This document shows, in pieces, positions 50,122-59,705 of a stretch of 64,000 bases of DNA. Positions within the stretch are counted from its first letter, which is position 1, and every line of letters begins with the position of its first letter. Below the pieces are notes generated by a model, which was not told the DNA's origin, ran no database searches, and was given only the letters and a program-made list of their open reading frames with translations. A program made the translations under genes and the position numbers. The stretch is from an uncultured Verrucomicrobiae bacterium (GTDB lineage: Bacteria; Verrucomicrobiota; Verrucomicrobiia; Chthoniobacterales; UBA10450), in the NCBI GenBank assembly GCA_963735805.1, contig CAVTMK010000002.1, positions 1,536,001-1,600,000 of the forward strand. Direction: 5' to 3'.

Positions 50122-51117
50122 CTAAAGTTTGCTCGCTACGAATTTTTCCAGCTTCACAACATCCGCCGCGAACTTCCGAATTCCTTCGCCCGTTTTCTCG
50201 TAAGCCATCGCATTGTCGTTCAGCATCCAGCGGAACGTCTTTTCGTCGAGCTCCAGTTTCTCAACCTTCGTCGACTTCGCTTTCTCCGGAGTGAGCTTCC
50301 GCTCGACTGGCTCGTTCGATTTCGAAAGCTCTTCCATCAATTCCGGGCTGATGGTCAAGCAATCGCATCCCGCCAGTTCCAGAATCTGCCCAATGTTCCG
50401 GAAGCTAGCACCCATTACTTCGGTCGGGATATCGAACTTCTTGTAATACGTATAAATCTCGGTAACTGACTGCACTCCAGGATCTTCCGCTCCAGAATAA
50501 TCGCGCTTCATCTCTTTTTTGTACCAATCGTAAATTCGCCCCACAAACGGCGAAATGAGCTTCACCTTCGCTTCCGCTGCGCGGACCGCCTGCGGCAACG
50601 AAAACAGCAGAGTCAAATTGCAGCGGATCCCCTCCTTTTGCAGCTGCTCCGCGGCTTTCAATCCTTCCCAGGTCGACGCGATTTTGATCAACACGCGCTC
50701 ACGCGGAATTTTTCGATCCTCGTAAAGCTTGATCAACTGGCGCGCTTTATTGATTGAACCATCGACGTCGTATGACAAGCGCGCGTCGGTCTCGGTCGAC
50801 ACGCGTCCCGGCACAATCTTGAGGATGTCAGTGCCGAACTGGACAAGTAGATGATCGCAAATGTCTTCGATTTGCGCCTGCCCCTTTAGACCTGATTTCT
50901 TCCGATCAGCGATTACCTCCTCGAGCAGATGCGCGTACTCCGGTTTTTGGGTGGCGGCGTAAACCAGGCTGGGATTCGTCGTCGCATCTTGCGGTCTGAA
51001 TTTCTTCATGGACTCAAAGTCCGCGGTGTCAGCGACAACTTGGGTAAACTTCTTCAGTTGCTCGAGCTGATTCAGTTTGGCTCCAGTCTTTTTCTCTTCA
51101 GCAATAACAGTGCTCAT
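50122..51117 (-). CDS. tal: Transaldolase
   Basis: [47 protein letters not shown]. Confidence 0.96.
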   Translation of the reverse strand: MSTVIAEEKKTGAKLNQLEQLKKFTQVVADTADFESMKKFRPQDATTNPSLVYAATQKPEYAHLLEEVIADRKKSGLKGQAQIEDICDHLLVQFGTDILKIVPGRVSTETDARLSYDVDGSINKARQLIKLYEDRKIPRERVLIKIASTWEGLKAAEQLQKEGIRCNLTLLFSLPQAVRAAEAKVKLISPFVGRIYDWYKKEMKRDYSGAEDPGVQSVTEIYTYYKKFDIPTEVMGASFRNIGQILELAGCDCLTISPELMEELSKSNEPVERKLTPEKAKSTKVEKLELDEKTFRWMLNDNAMAYEKTGEGIRKFAADVVKLEKFVASKL

Positions 51118-51218
51118 ATAAATTCTCCGTTTGGACTTCGTTTAAAACGTAGGCCTCGATCAAAAGATCGACAACGATAAAGTCTAGTTACTATTACTCG
51201 GCTGGTATGCCCGATGAG

Positions 51219-52637
51219 TTACGCAGAAACTGCGGGCCGTGCGTCGGCGGTGCGTCTCGAGCCGAGGGCAGCTTTGACGAAATTATTTCCGATCTCCCAC
51301 ATCGGTCCCGGGAATTTGCGGCATTCGGTAAGCACGTCGTCCAACGCGTTCACAAACATGTCGACCTCCTTTTCGCCAATGATAAGCGGCGGAAGAATTT
51401 TCATCACGTCCATGGCGTGACCTGCGACCTGGGTAAGGATGCGATGCTTGCTCAGCATTTGCGTCACGATCATTTGCGCGAAAAGCACCTTGTCGATCTT
51501 GTGCAACAGCTTCCACGCCATCTTCAATTTAAATTCATTCGGTTCATGAAATTCGATTCCGATCATCAGCCCCTTACCGCGCACTTCTTTGATGAATGAG
51601 TGTTTCGAGCGCAACGCATCCACTTTCCCCATCAAAAGCGCGCCTACCTTCGTGGAATTCTCAACTAACTTTTCGTCGTCGATTACTTCCAGTGCTGCGA
51701 GCCCGCATGCCATCGCCAGATTGTTTCGGCCAAACGTCGTCGAGTGAACGACGCAGCGATCCATGCGCGAAAAGGTTTTCTGGTATATGTCGCGTCGGGT
51801 CACGATCGCGCCACACGGCACATAGCCGCCGCTCAGCGTTTTTGCCAGCGTGATAATGTCTGGCTCCAGATTCCAATGTTGAAATCCAAACATTTTTCCG
51901 GTGCGACCAAGTCCTGTCTGCACTTCATCGGAGATCAACAACGTCCCGTATTTACGGCAGAGTTCCTGGGCGCGAATAAAGAAATCGGTCTTGGAAGTTT
52001 GACAGCCTTTTCCCTGGACCGTCTCAATTACCAAGGCCGCCACATCCCGCGAACGCAACTCCCGATCCAGCGCTTCGAAGTCATCGAGTGCTACACGTGC
52101 ATCAAATCCTTCCATTAGCGGCCCGAATCCTTCGGTGAAACTTTCGCACCCCATTAACGATAACGAACCAAGACTGAGTCCGTGAAATGCGCTCGCGAGC
52201 GAAACTGCTCGTTTACGTCCCGTGGCAGCGCGCGCAAACTTCAACGCGCCTTCCATCGCTTCAGTTCCTGAATTGCAGAAGAACACAGCGTTCAGATGCG
52301 CCGGGGTTCGTTTGGTCAATGCCTCAGCAAGCAACCCGCTCAAGAGCGAGCAATCCATTTGCACCATATTCGGCAAATCCAGATCGAGTACATCGCGAAT
52401 CGCTTGCTTTACCACAGGATGATTCCGTCCGATGTTGAAAACACTGTAGCCGCTCAGAAAATCCAGGTATGGCTGATTATCCATGTCATACAAGTATGCG
52501 CCCTCGGCTCGCGCATAGACCTTGTCGAACCCGATTACTCGCTGCGCTTGCACTAGCGTCGGGTTTATGTGGCGCTCATGCAGTTGGTAGTTCTCACCCA
52601 GCCGCGCCGCGATGAGTTCCTTCAGATCAAAAGCCAT
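51219..52637 (-). CDS. Class III aminotransferase, HpnO-like
   Basis: LDFLSGYSVFNIGRNHP, DEVQTGLGRTG, AKTLSGG, VVHSTTFGRN. Confidence 0.85.
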   Translation of the reverse strand: MAFDLKELIAARLGENYQLHERHINPTLVQAQRVIGFDKVYARAEGAYLYDMDNQPYLDFLSGYSVFNIGRNHPVVKQAIRDVLDLDLPNMVQMDCSLLSGLLAEALTKRTPAHLNAVFFCNSGTEAMEGALKFARAATGRKRAVSLASAFHGLSLGSLSLMGCESFTEGFGPLMEGFDARVALDDFEALDRELRSRDVAALVIETVQGKGCQTSKTDFFIRAQELCRKYGTLLISDEVQTGLGRTGKMFGFQHWNLEPDIITLAKTLSGGYVPCGAIVTRRDIYQKTFSRMDRCVVHSTTFGRNNLAMACGLAALEVIDDEKLVENSTKVGALLMGKVDALRSKHSFIKEVRGKGLMIGIEFHEPNEFKLKMAWKLLHKIDKVLFAQMIVTQMLSKHRILTQVAGHAMDVMKILPPLIIGEKEVDMFVNALDDVLTECRKFPGPMWEIGNNFVKAALGSRRTADARPAVSA

Positions 52638-52695
52638 CCCGTGACGTTCTGCGATTTGCGCTCGAAACGCAAATACGGCTGCGAGTCGGGGTAAT

Positions 52696-52731
52696 AAAAA
52701 GCCGCAGGATCATTTCGACCCTGCGGCTTTT
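52696..52731 (-). terminator. Intrinsic terminator
   Basis: AAAAAGCCGCAGG...CCTGCGGCTTTT. Confidence 0.8.
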
Positions 52732-52775
52732 GAATTCTTTATCAACCGATCCTTACTATGTCGTAGCTAAAAAGA

Positions 52776-53126
52776 TCAGTCTGAGTCTTCAACCACTACA
52801 CGCTCGACTACCCGCTGCCTCTCCGGTCCGGTATAGTAAACTCGCACCTTCTGCCCCGCTCGCAGCGGCGCAGTTACGATTTTGCCAGCACCGTCGACGA
52901 CGCGCGCGGCCGTGCCCAGAGCAAAGCTGACCGGGCCTTGCTCACCCTTGACGACAACAGTCTTGCCGGGCTCATATGTGCTTACCGTGCCGGCCGTGTA
53001 GGTTGTACTCGTTGTCTGTGTTGTCGTTGCCGGTTCTGTAGTTGTTTCTGTCGTTGTTGTGCTCGTCTGTGCAAACGCCAAAGGCGCAACTAACGCACAG
53101 CTAAGAGCAATGATCGTTCTCTTCAT
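52776..53126 (-). CDS. Small secreted protein, Thr-rich linker plus beta domain
   Basis: SD AAGGGAG, signal peptide AFA-Q. Confidence 0.8.
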   Translation of the reverse strand: MKRTIIALSCALVAPLAFAQTSTTTTETTTEPATTTQTTSTTYTAGTVSTYEPGKTVVVKGEQGPVSFALGTAARVVDGAGKIVTAPLRAGQKVRVYYTGPERQRVVERVVVEDSD

Positions 53127-53264
53127 ATATGTAACTCCCTTGTTTATTTTTGATGTTTCTCCCGAACTTCATCGTCCGGGAGGTTGACAGGCGTCCCTGG
53201 ATTACGCCTGTCGGTTTTTCCTTGGACGGTTGCGGGCCGCCACTATTCGAAAGGCACAGGCTTA

Positions 53265-53636
53265 TCAATCCAGTACCACTATGTGATCAACCAGGCGCGC
53301 GTCCCCCATATTGGCATAAAACACAACCACGCGTGCGCCGGGTTTAATCGGACCACGAACGGGTCTGCCAAACTTATCATAGACAAGTCCGGGTCCGTAT
53401 GAGTCAAAACGCTCTGGATTTGAACTGTCTGTGCGGACAACCAGTGTTCCAGCAGGCTGATAGGTCGCCGCGCTGCCCTGTTGGGCCTCAATCACAGGCG
53501 CTGTTACTGTTACCCGTTCTGAAGTTGTGATTACAGGCCCTGTGCTGTAATACCTTCCGCGGTCCGATGTAATCTGCGCAAACGCCGGCGATGCCATGAG
53601 CATGCAGGCGAGAACAAGAATTGATTTTGTTACCAT
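53265..53636 (-). CDS. Small secreted protein, paralog of 52776..53126
   Basis: Signal peptide AFA-Q; shared TY.PG/A.T.VV and P...G..V.V.Y motifs. Confidence 0.8.
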   Translation of the reverse strand: MVTKSILVLACMLMASPAFAQITSDRGRYYSTGPVITTSERVTVTAPVIEAQQGSAATYQPAGTLVVRTDSSNPERFDSYGPGLVYDKFGRPVRGPIKPGARVVVFYANMGDARLVDHIVVLD

Positions 53637-53779
53637 TGTGTCTCCCTCTTGTTAATGCTGATACTCCAAGTTCGTAGTTCGAGGACCTGTCGGACGCTTT
53701 CAGAATCTCGTGATCTTGATGAAAATTCTCATTTGTGTGATTTGAGCGACCTTGTGGATTTGTTAACGTGAGTTTGCCG

Positions 53780-56128
53780 ATGACCAACCAGGTGCCGACT
53801 GCCGAGCCAGCAATCACCCCAGAACTCGTCAAACAACACGGTCTTACTTCGGAAGAATTTGAGCGCATTAAGACAATCCTCGGTCGCGAACCAAATTTTA
53901 CGGAACTGGGAATTTTTTCGGTAATGTGGAGTGAGCACTGCTCCTATAAGAACTCCAGGAAAGAACTAAAGAAGCTTCCGACGACCGGGCCGGGCATTCT
54001 GGTGAAAGCCGGCGAAGAAAATGCAGGTGTCGTGGATATCGGGGACGGTTGGGCAATAGCATTCAAGATGGAGAGCCATAACCATCCGAGCGCGATTGAG
54101 CCATTTCAGGGCGCTGCCACCGGTGTCGGCGGGATTATCCGTGATATCTTTACGATGGGTGCGCGACCCGAATTTTGCTTGAATTCTCTGCGGTTTGGAC
54201 CAATCGCCGCGAATTTCAAATCTGAAATTTCAAGTTCGCAGTTAGCCGTCAATCGGCGGTTGTTTACCGGCGTTGTCTCCGGCATCGCGCATTACGGAAA
54301 TTGCATTGGGATTCCGACAATTGGCGGTGAGATCTATTTCGATGAAAGTTTTGAGGGTAATCCGCTCGTAAATGTTTTTTGTCTTGGTGTCTTGCGTCAT
54401 AACCAGCTCGCGCGTGGCACAGCAACCGGTCTTGGTAATCCGGTCTTTTACGTCGGCGCCGAGACGGGGCGTGATGGACTCGCCGGGGCGGCATTCGCTT
54501 CGCGCGAATTGACCGAGCAATCGCGCGAGGATCGTCCGGCCGTCCAAGTCGGCGATCCGTTCAAGGAGAAACTTTTGCTCGAGGCCTGTCTTGAGCTTCT
54601 GAGTCATGATGCTGTCGCCGGCATCCAGGACATGGGTGCGGCGGGACTAACCTGCTCCACGTGTGAAACCGCCAGCCGCGCCGGAAGCGGTATCGAGATT
54701 GACCTTGCGAAAGTTCCCAAGCGCGAACCTGGAATGACGCCATATGAGATTTTGTTGAGCGAATCGCAGGAGCGGATGCTGATCATCGCACGACGCGGCA
54801 AGGAAAATCTCGTTCGCTCGATTTTCGAGAAATGGGATGTCCCGTGCGTCGAGATTGGCCATGTAACCGACGACGGCATGATGCGAGTGCGTGATAACGG
54901 AGCGATTGCCGCGGAGGTTCCCGCCAGGACGCTGGCGGACGAAGCGCCTCTTTATTCGCGGGAAGCAAAACCCGCTGTAGCGGGGAGCGATGACCACGCT
55001 CCGACGAATCTTCCTACTATCAGTGATTACGAAGCGCTTCGAAAACTGCTGCGTGACCCAACGATTGCATCGAAAAACTGGGTTTACCGTCAGTACGATC
55101 ACACAGTGCGCACCGGCACAATCGTGAAGCCCGGTTCGGACGCAGCCGTTTTCTTTGTCCGTTATGCAAACAAGATCCTGGCCGCGACCACTGACTGCAA
55201 TTCGCTCTATTGCGCACTGGATCCGCGCGAAGGCGCAAAGATTGCCGTAGCCGAAGCAGCGAGAAATCTCACCTGCTCCGGAGCACGTCCACTCGCTGTC
55301 ACCGACAACTTAAACTTCGGCAATCCCTACAAACCGGAAAATTTCTGGCAATTGCGTGAGGCAGTTGAAGGCATTGCCGAAGCATGTCGCGAGTTTGACA
55401 CGCCAATAACCGGAGGAAATGTTTCGTTATATAATGAGAGCCCGGCAGGTGTGGTAGATCCAACGCCGACGATCGGCATGGTTGGTTTGATCGAAAAGGA
55501 AGAGCACATCACCACCCAATGGTTCAAAGACGACGGGGACACTATTATTCTCGTTGGCGAAATGGCTGATGCTGACCGTCGGCGGGAAATGATTGGCCAA
55601 CATGAAAAAGAAGACGTCACCACCCTCGGCGGCTCCCGTTATCTCAAAGTCTGTCAGAATTTGAAACTTGGTCCGCCGCCGCGCATCGATCTCGGCCACG
55701 AAATCAAGATGCAAAACGCCGTGCGAGATTTAATTCGCGAAGCTCTGGTAAAAAGCGCCCATGATTGCAGCGAAGGTGGCCTTGCTGTCGCGATCGCTGA
55801 ATGTTGTTTCAATCCGGAAAGAAGTTTCGGGGCAGACATCGAGCTGAAAACGACCGACACATCTGTCGCTGTAACGCTGTTTAATGAATCGCAATCGAGG
55901 ATCGTTATTTCAGTCGCGCCCGAAAATTTGCAAAAGACAGTGTCAATCTTGCAGGAGCGGCAGATTCCGTTCCAGCAACTCGGTGAAGTTGGCGGCGACC
56001 AACTTCGCATTCGCGTCGACTCCGAAACACTCTGCTGGCCGATTACGGATCTGCATGACGATTGGTGGAATGCCATCCGCCGCACAGTGGAAAGCGATTC
56101 GGCAGCTGAGGGCATCCCAAGTTTGTGA
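53780..56128 (+). CDS. purL: Phosphoribosylformylglycinamidine synthase subunit PurL
   Basis: [46 protein letters not shown]. Confidence 0.97.
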   Translation: MTNQVPTAEPAITPELVKQHGLTSEEFERIKTILGREPNFTELGIFSVMWSEHCSYKNSRKELKKLPTTGPGILVKAGEENAGVVDIGDGWAIAFKMESHNHPSAIEPFQGAATGVGGIIRDIFTMGARPEFCLNSLRFGPIAANFKSEISSSQLAVNRRLFTGVVSGIAHYGNCIGIPTIGGEIYFDESFEGNPLVNVFCLGVLRHNQLARGTATGLGNPVFYVGAETGRDGLAGAAFASRELTEQSREDRPAVQVGDPFKEKLLLEACLELLSHDAVAGIQDMGAAGLTCSTCETASRAGSGIEIDLAKVPKREPGMTPYEILLSESQERMLIIARRGKENLVRSIFEKWDVPCVEIGHVTDDGMMRVRDNGAIAAEVPARTLADEAPLYSREAKPAVAGSDDHAPTNLPTISDYEALRKLLRDPTIASKNWVYRQYDHTVRTGTIVKPGSDAAVFFVRYANKILAATTDCNSLYCALDPREGAKIAVAEAARNLTCSGARPLAVTDNLNFGNPYKPENFWQLREAVEGIAEACREFDTPITGGNVSLYNESPAGVVDPTPTIGMVGLIEKEEHITTQWFKDDGDTIILVGEMADADRRREMIGQHEKEDVTTLGGSRYLKVCQNLKLGPPPRIDLGHEIKMQNAVRDLIREALVKSAHDCSEGGLAVAIAECCFNPERSFGADIELKTTDTSVAVTLFNESQSRIVISVAPENLQKTVSILQERQIPFQQLGEVGGDQLRIRVDSETLCWPITDLHDDWWNAIRRTVESDSAAEGIPSL

Positions 56129-56934
56129 AACGCGATATTAACGTCCTCTTCGAAGGAGCGATCCCCGAAAATTACGATCGTTACTTGGGGCCGATTTTGT
56201 TCGAGCCATTCGCAGACGATATCGCCGCGCGATTAAGAGAGACGCAACCTGCTAGTCTTTTGGAAATTGCCTGTGGATCGGGAATTCTCACTCGCCGACT
56301 TCGCGATACCTTCGCGAACACGCAGCTTGTGGCCACTGATCTCAACCCGGGAATGATTTCGCACGCGCAGCGCAAATTCCGGACAACAGAAAAAATTGAA
56401 TGGCGCGAGGCCGACGCCGCCGCATTGCCTTTTTCTGACAGTTTGTTCGATGCGGTGGTCTGTCAGTTTGGCTTGATGTTTGTTCCCGAAAAGCAATTAG
56501 CCATGCGCGAAGCGTATCGGGTTTTAAGGTCTGGTGGCGTATTCCTATTCAACGTTTGGGACTCGATGGAGCAAAATCGATTTGCTCAAATCGCTCACAC
56601 GACGATCGGTTCGTTTTTCAATGTCGATCCCCCAACCTTTTATGACATCCCGTTTAGCTTTTATGATCCCGCTTTGATTCGCGACATGCTCGAGCGAGCT
56701 GGATTCAAATCAATTGACAGATCGTCTGTCTCGTTTCCGTGCCGAAGCAAATCGGCAGCGGAATTCGCCATCGGCCTAATTCGAGGAAATCCTACGGCAA
56801 CCACAATTGAAGAACGCGGCGTCGATGTCGACATCGTAATAGAGGCCGTAGCACGAGAGCTCTCCAAACATGGCAGCGATCCATTTGCCGACAATAACTT
56901 GCGGGCGTTTGTATGGCGTGCTGTACATGAATGA
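56125..56934 (+). CDS. Class I SAM-dependent methyltransferase
   Basis: [32 protein letters not shown] overlap with purL. Confidence 0.92.
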   Translation: MKRDINVLFEGAIPENYDRYLGPILFEPFADDIAARLRETQPASLLEIACGSGILTRRLRDTFANTQLVATDLNPGMISHAQRKFRTTEKIEWREADAAALPFSDSLFDAVVCQFGLMFVPEKQLAMREAYRVLRSGGVFLFNVWDSMEQNRFAQIAHTTIGSFFNVDPPTFYDIPFSFYDPALIRDMLERAGFKSIDRSSVSFPCRSKSAAEFAIGLIRGNPTATTIEERGVDVDIVIEAVARELSKHGSDPFADNNLRAFVWRAVHE

Positions 56935-57003
56935 GTGTTCCGCTATCCTAAGATCCCCCTACCCCCTGACAACGATTCATTGAACCGCGCGTAATTTGGT
57001 GAA

Positions 57004-58509
57004 TTGTTGAGTGTGATCTCTCCAGACAACATCGACATAATCGAGGCCGAGACCAATCCGTTCCCGGAGCATGAATGCGGGCTCTTCGCCGTGTTCGGCC
57101 ATCCGAACGCGCCGGTCTTGACTTACTACGGTCTGTTCGCGTTACAGCATCGTGGCCAGGAGAGCGCGGGGATCGTCACCAGCGATGGACCGAGCACCAC
57201 TTTCCTCCAGCACAAAGGCATGGGTTTGGTTTCCCAGGTGTTTGGCCAGGAAGAACTGGCCAGACTCAAGGGCACGCGGGCAATCGGACATACGCGCTAT
57301 TCGACGACTGGCACCAGCACCATCAAAAACGCGCAACCATTCGTGGTCGATTGTGTGCGTGGCCAAATGGCGATTGCGCACAATGGCAACTTAATTAATG
57401 CCGATCTTCTGCGAGACGAACTCGAGCGAAAAGGCTCCATTTTCCAAACCACCGCCGACAGCGAAATCATTTTACATCTGCTGGCGCAGCCATCGAAGAA
57501 CGGTGGAAATGTCCTCGCGGCATTGCGCCGGATTCAAGGGGCGTTTTCGCTCATTATCATGAGTGAACGGGAACTTATCGGGGTACGCGATCCGTTTGGC
57601 TGGCGCCCGCTCGCTCTCGGCAAGCTCGATGGCGCTTATATCCTGGCGTCTGAGACCTGCGCTCTTGACCTGATTCATGCAGAGTTCATCCGCGAAGTTG
57701 AGCCGGGCGAAGTGCTGATCATCGATGAAAACGGACTGCGCTCCGAAAGGCCTTTCCCGGATGAGCGGCCAGCATTTTGCATGTTTGAATACGTCTATTT
57801 CGCGCGACCGGACAGTATGATCGGCGGGGTCAATGTCGGCAAAGTCCGTATGGAAATGGGACGCGAACTGGCAAGAAAATTTCCGGTCGACGCAGATATC
57901 GTTGTCCCGGTACCCGACTCGGGAAACTATGCTGCTCTTGGCTTCGCACAGGAGCTAAACATTCCTTACGCCCATGCTTTTGTCCGTAATCACTATATTG
58001 GCCGCACATTTTTGCAGCCAAGCCAGCTCATCCGCGATTTTGATGTGCGGGTAAAGCTGAATTTGATTAAGGAAATGGTGGCCGGAAAACGTGTTGTCGT
58101 TGTGGACGACTCGATCGTGCGCGGAACGACTGCACGCGCGCGCGTCGTGAACTTGCGCGAAGCTGGCGCAAAAGAAGTGCACATGCGTGTAAGCTGTCCT
58201 CCCCACCGCTTTGCCTGTCACTATGGCATCGACTTTCCCGATCCGGAAAAATTGATCGCTAATCAGATGCCGATGGAAGAGATCTGCAAATACCTCGGCG
58301 TCGACAGCCTGGGTTACCTCGATGTGGAGGGCATGGTGCGGGCAACTGGAAGGCCGATCAGTAGTTTTTGCCTCGCTTGTTTCAACGGTGATTATCCCCT
58401 GCCCGTCGACCCCGCATTAGACAAGTTCATCATGGAAAAACGCGAGCAGCGCGCCAAAGCGCTCGCGGATCAGGAAAAACACCCGACGTTGTTCGCAGGT
58501 CTGAAATAG
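57004..58509 (+). CDS. purF: Amidophosphoribosyltransferase
   Basis: ECGLF (propeptide-cleavage Cys), LQHRGQESAG, VPDSG, VVVDDSIVRGTT. Start is uncertain. Confidence 0.97.
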   Translation: MLSVISPDNIDIIEAETNPFPEHECGLFAVFGHPNAPVLTYYGLFALQHRGQESAGIVTSDGPSTTFLQHKGMGLVSQVFGQEELARLKGTRAIGHTRYSTTGTSTIKNAQPFVVDCVRGQMAIAHNGNLINADLLRDELERKGSIFQTTADSEIILHLLAQPSKNGGNVLAALRRIQGAFSLIIMSERELIGVRDPFGWRPLALGKLDGAYILASETCALDLIHAEFIREVEPGEVLIIDENGLRSERPFPDERPAFCMFEYVYFARPDSMIGGVNVGKVRMEMGRELARKFPVDADIVVPVPDSGNYAALGFAQELNIPYAHAFVRNHYIGRTFLQPSQLIRDFDVRVKLNLIKEMVAGKRVVVVDDSIVRGTTARARVVNLREAGAKEVHMRVSCPPHRFACHYGIDFPDPEKLIANQMPMEEICKYLGVDSLGYLDVEGMVRATGRPISSFCLACFNGDYPLPVDPALDKFIMEKREQRAKALADQEKHPTLFAGLK

Positions 58510-58513
58510 TCGC

Positions 58514-58594
58514 TTGTCATTCCGGGCGCAGCCGAGAAATCTCTTGCTGTGAAGAGCAAAAACAGAGATGTCTCGACTTCGCTCGACATGACAA
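58514..58594. repeat. TGTCAT palindromic element overlapping the purM start
   Basis: TTGTCATTCCGGGCGCAGCCGAGAAATCTCT...AGAGATGTCTCGACTTCGCTCGACATGACAA. Confidence 0.85.
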
Positions 58595-59610
58595 AGAAGC
58601 AAAAAGCTTACGCTCGTGCAGGCGTTGATGTCGATCTCGGCAATCGGCTAAAGAGCCGCATCCAATCACTCGTTAGGCGAACGCATGGACCGGGTGTGCT
58701 CGGCAAGATCGGTGGCTTCGGAGGTTTGTTTCGAGCGAACTTCCCTGGAATGCGTGAGCCGGTCCTGGTTGCAAGCATTGACGGGGTCGGGACGAAACTG
58801 AGAATCGCGTTTGCCGTTAACAAACATGATACCGTCGGCGCCGATCTCGTGAACCACTGTGTTAACGACATCGCGGTCCTGGGTGCGCGTCCGCTTTTTT
58901 TTCTGGATTACATTGGCTGCGGGAAGCTCGAACCCAGCGTCTTCCAACAACTACTGCGCGGCTTTTCGCGCGCTTGCCGATCGGCAGGTTGCGCCCTTAT
59001 CGGCGGCGAAACAGCGCAAATGCCCGGAATGTATCGCAAGGGAGAATATGATCTCGCTGGCTGCATCATTGGTATCGTGGACCGCGGCAATATTATCGAT
59101 GGCAGGAAAATTCGTCCTGGCGACGTAATTCTCGGACTGGAATCCAATGGCTTGCATACGAACGGTTACTCGCTGGCGCGAGAAATTCTATTACGTAAAA
59201 TGCATCTCAAGGTTAGTTCGCGCCTGCCTGGCTCTGCGATGACCGTTGGCGAGGAACTAATGCGTGTGCACAGGAGTTACAGGTCGCTTCTCGCAAAGAT
59301 TCCAAGCGGGATGATCAAAGGTCTTGCCCACATCACAGGTGGTGGGCTCATTGACAACCTGCCGCGAATTTTGCCTGGAAATTGTGACGCGGTTATCGAG
59401 ACGAAAAACTGGCGCGTCCCCCGCATCTTTCAGATCTTGCAGGAAAACGGGCATATCGATCTCCAGGAGATGTACCAGGTTTTCAACATGGGGATCGGAA
59501 TGGTCGCAGTGGTTTCGGAGGGCGCTGCCCGACGCGCTACGCCTGTGCTAAAAGCAAAACAAATCGGCCAGATCGTGCACGGCAATGGCAGGGTGCGTTT
59601 GAAGTTCTGA
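58588..59610 (+). CDS. purM: Phosphoribosylformylglycinamidine cyclo-ligase
   Basis: YARAGVD, GGFGGLF, DGVGTK, GGETAQMPG, SNGLHTNGYSL, AHITGGG, FNMGIG. Confidence 0.97.
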   Translation: MTKKQKAYARAGVDVDLGNRLKSRIQSLVRRTHGPGVLGKIGGFGGLFRANFPGMREPVLVASIDGVGTKLRIAFAVNKHDTVGADLVNHCVNDIAVLGARPLFFLDYIGCGKLEPSVFQQLLRGFSRACRSAGCALIGGETAQMPGMYRKGEYDLAGCIIGIVDRGNIIDGRKIRPGDVILGLESNGLHTNGYSLAREILLRKMHLKVSSRLPGSAMTVGEELMRVHRSYRSLLAKIPSGMIKGLAHITGGGLIDNLPRILPGNCDAVIETKNWRVPRIFQILQENGHIDLQEMYQVFNMGIGMVAVVSEGAARRATPVLKAKQIGQIVHGNGRVRLKF

Positions 59611-59705
59611 CCAAAATTTGAACGAAAGATCAGGCACCGAACAACGCGTTGGGCACGTATAGAAATTCGAACGTGACGCCTGCAAAGCACTGACTCTCTC
59701 GTGCG

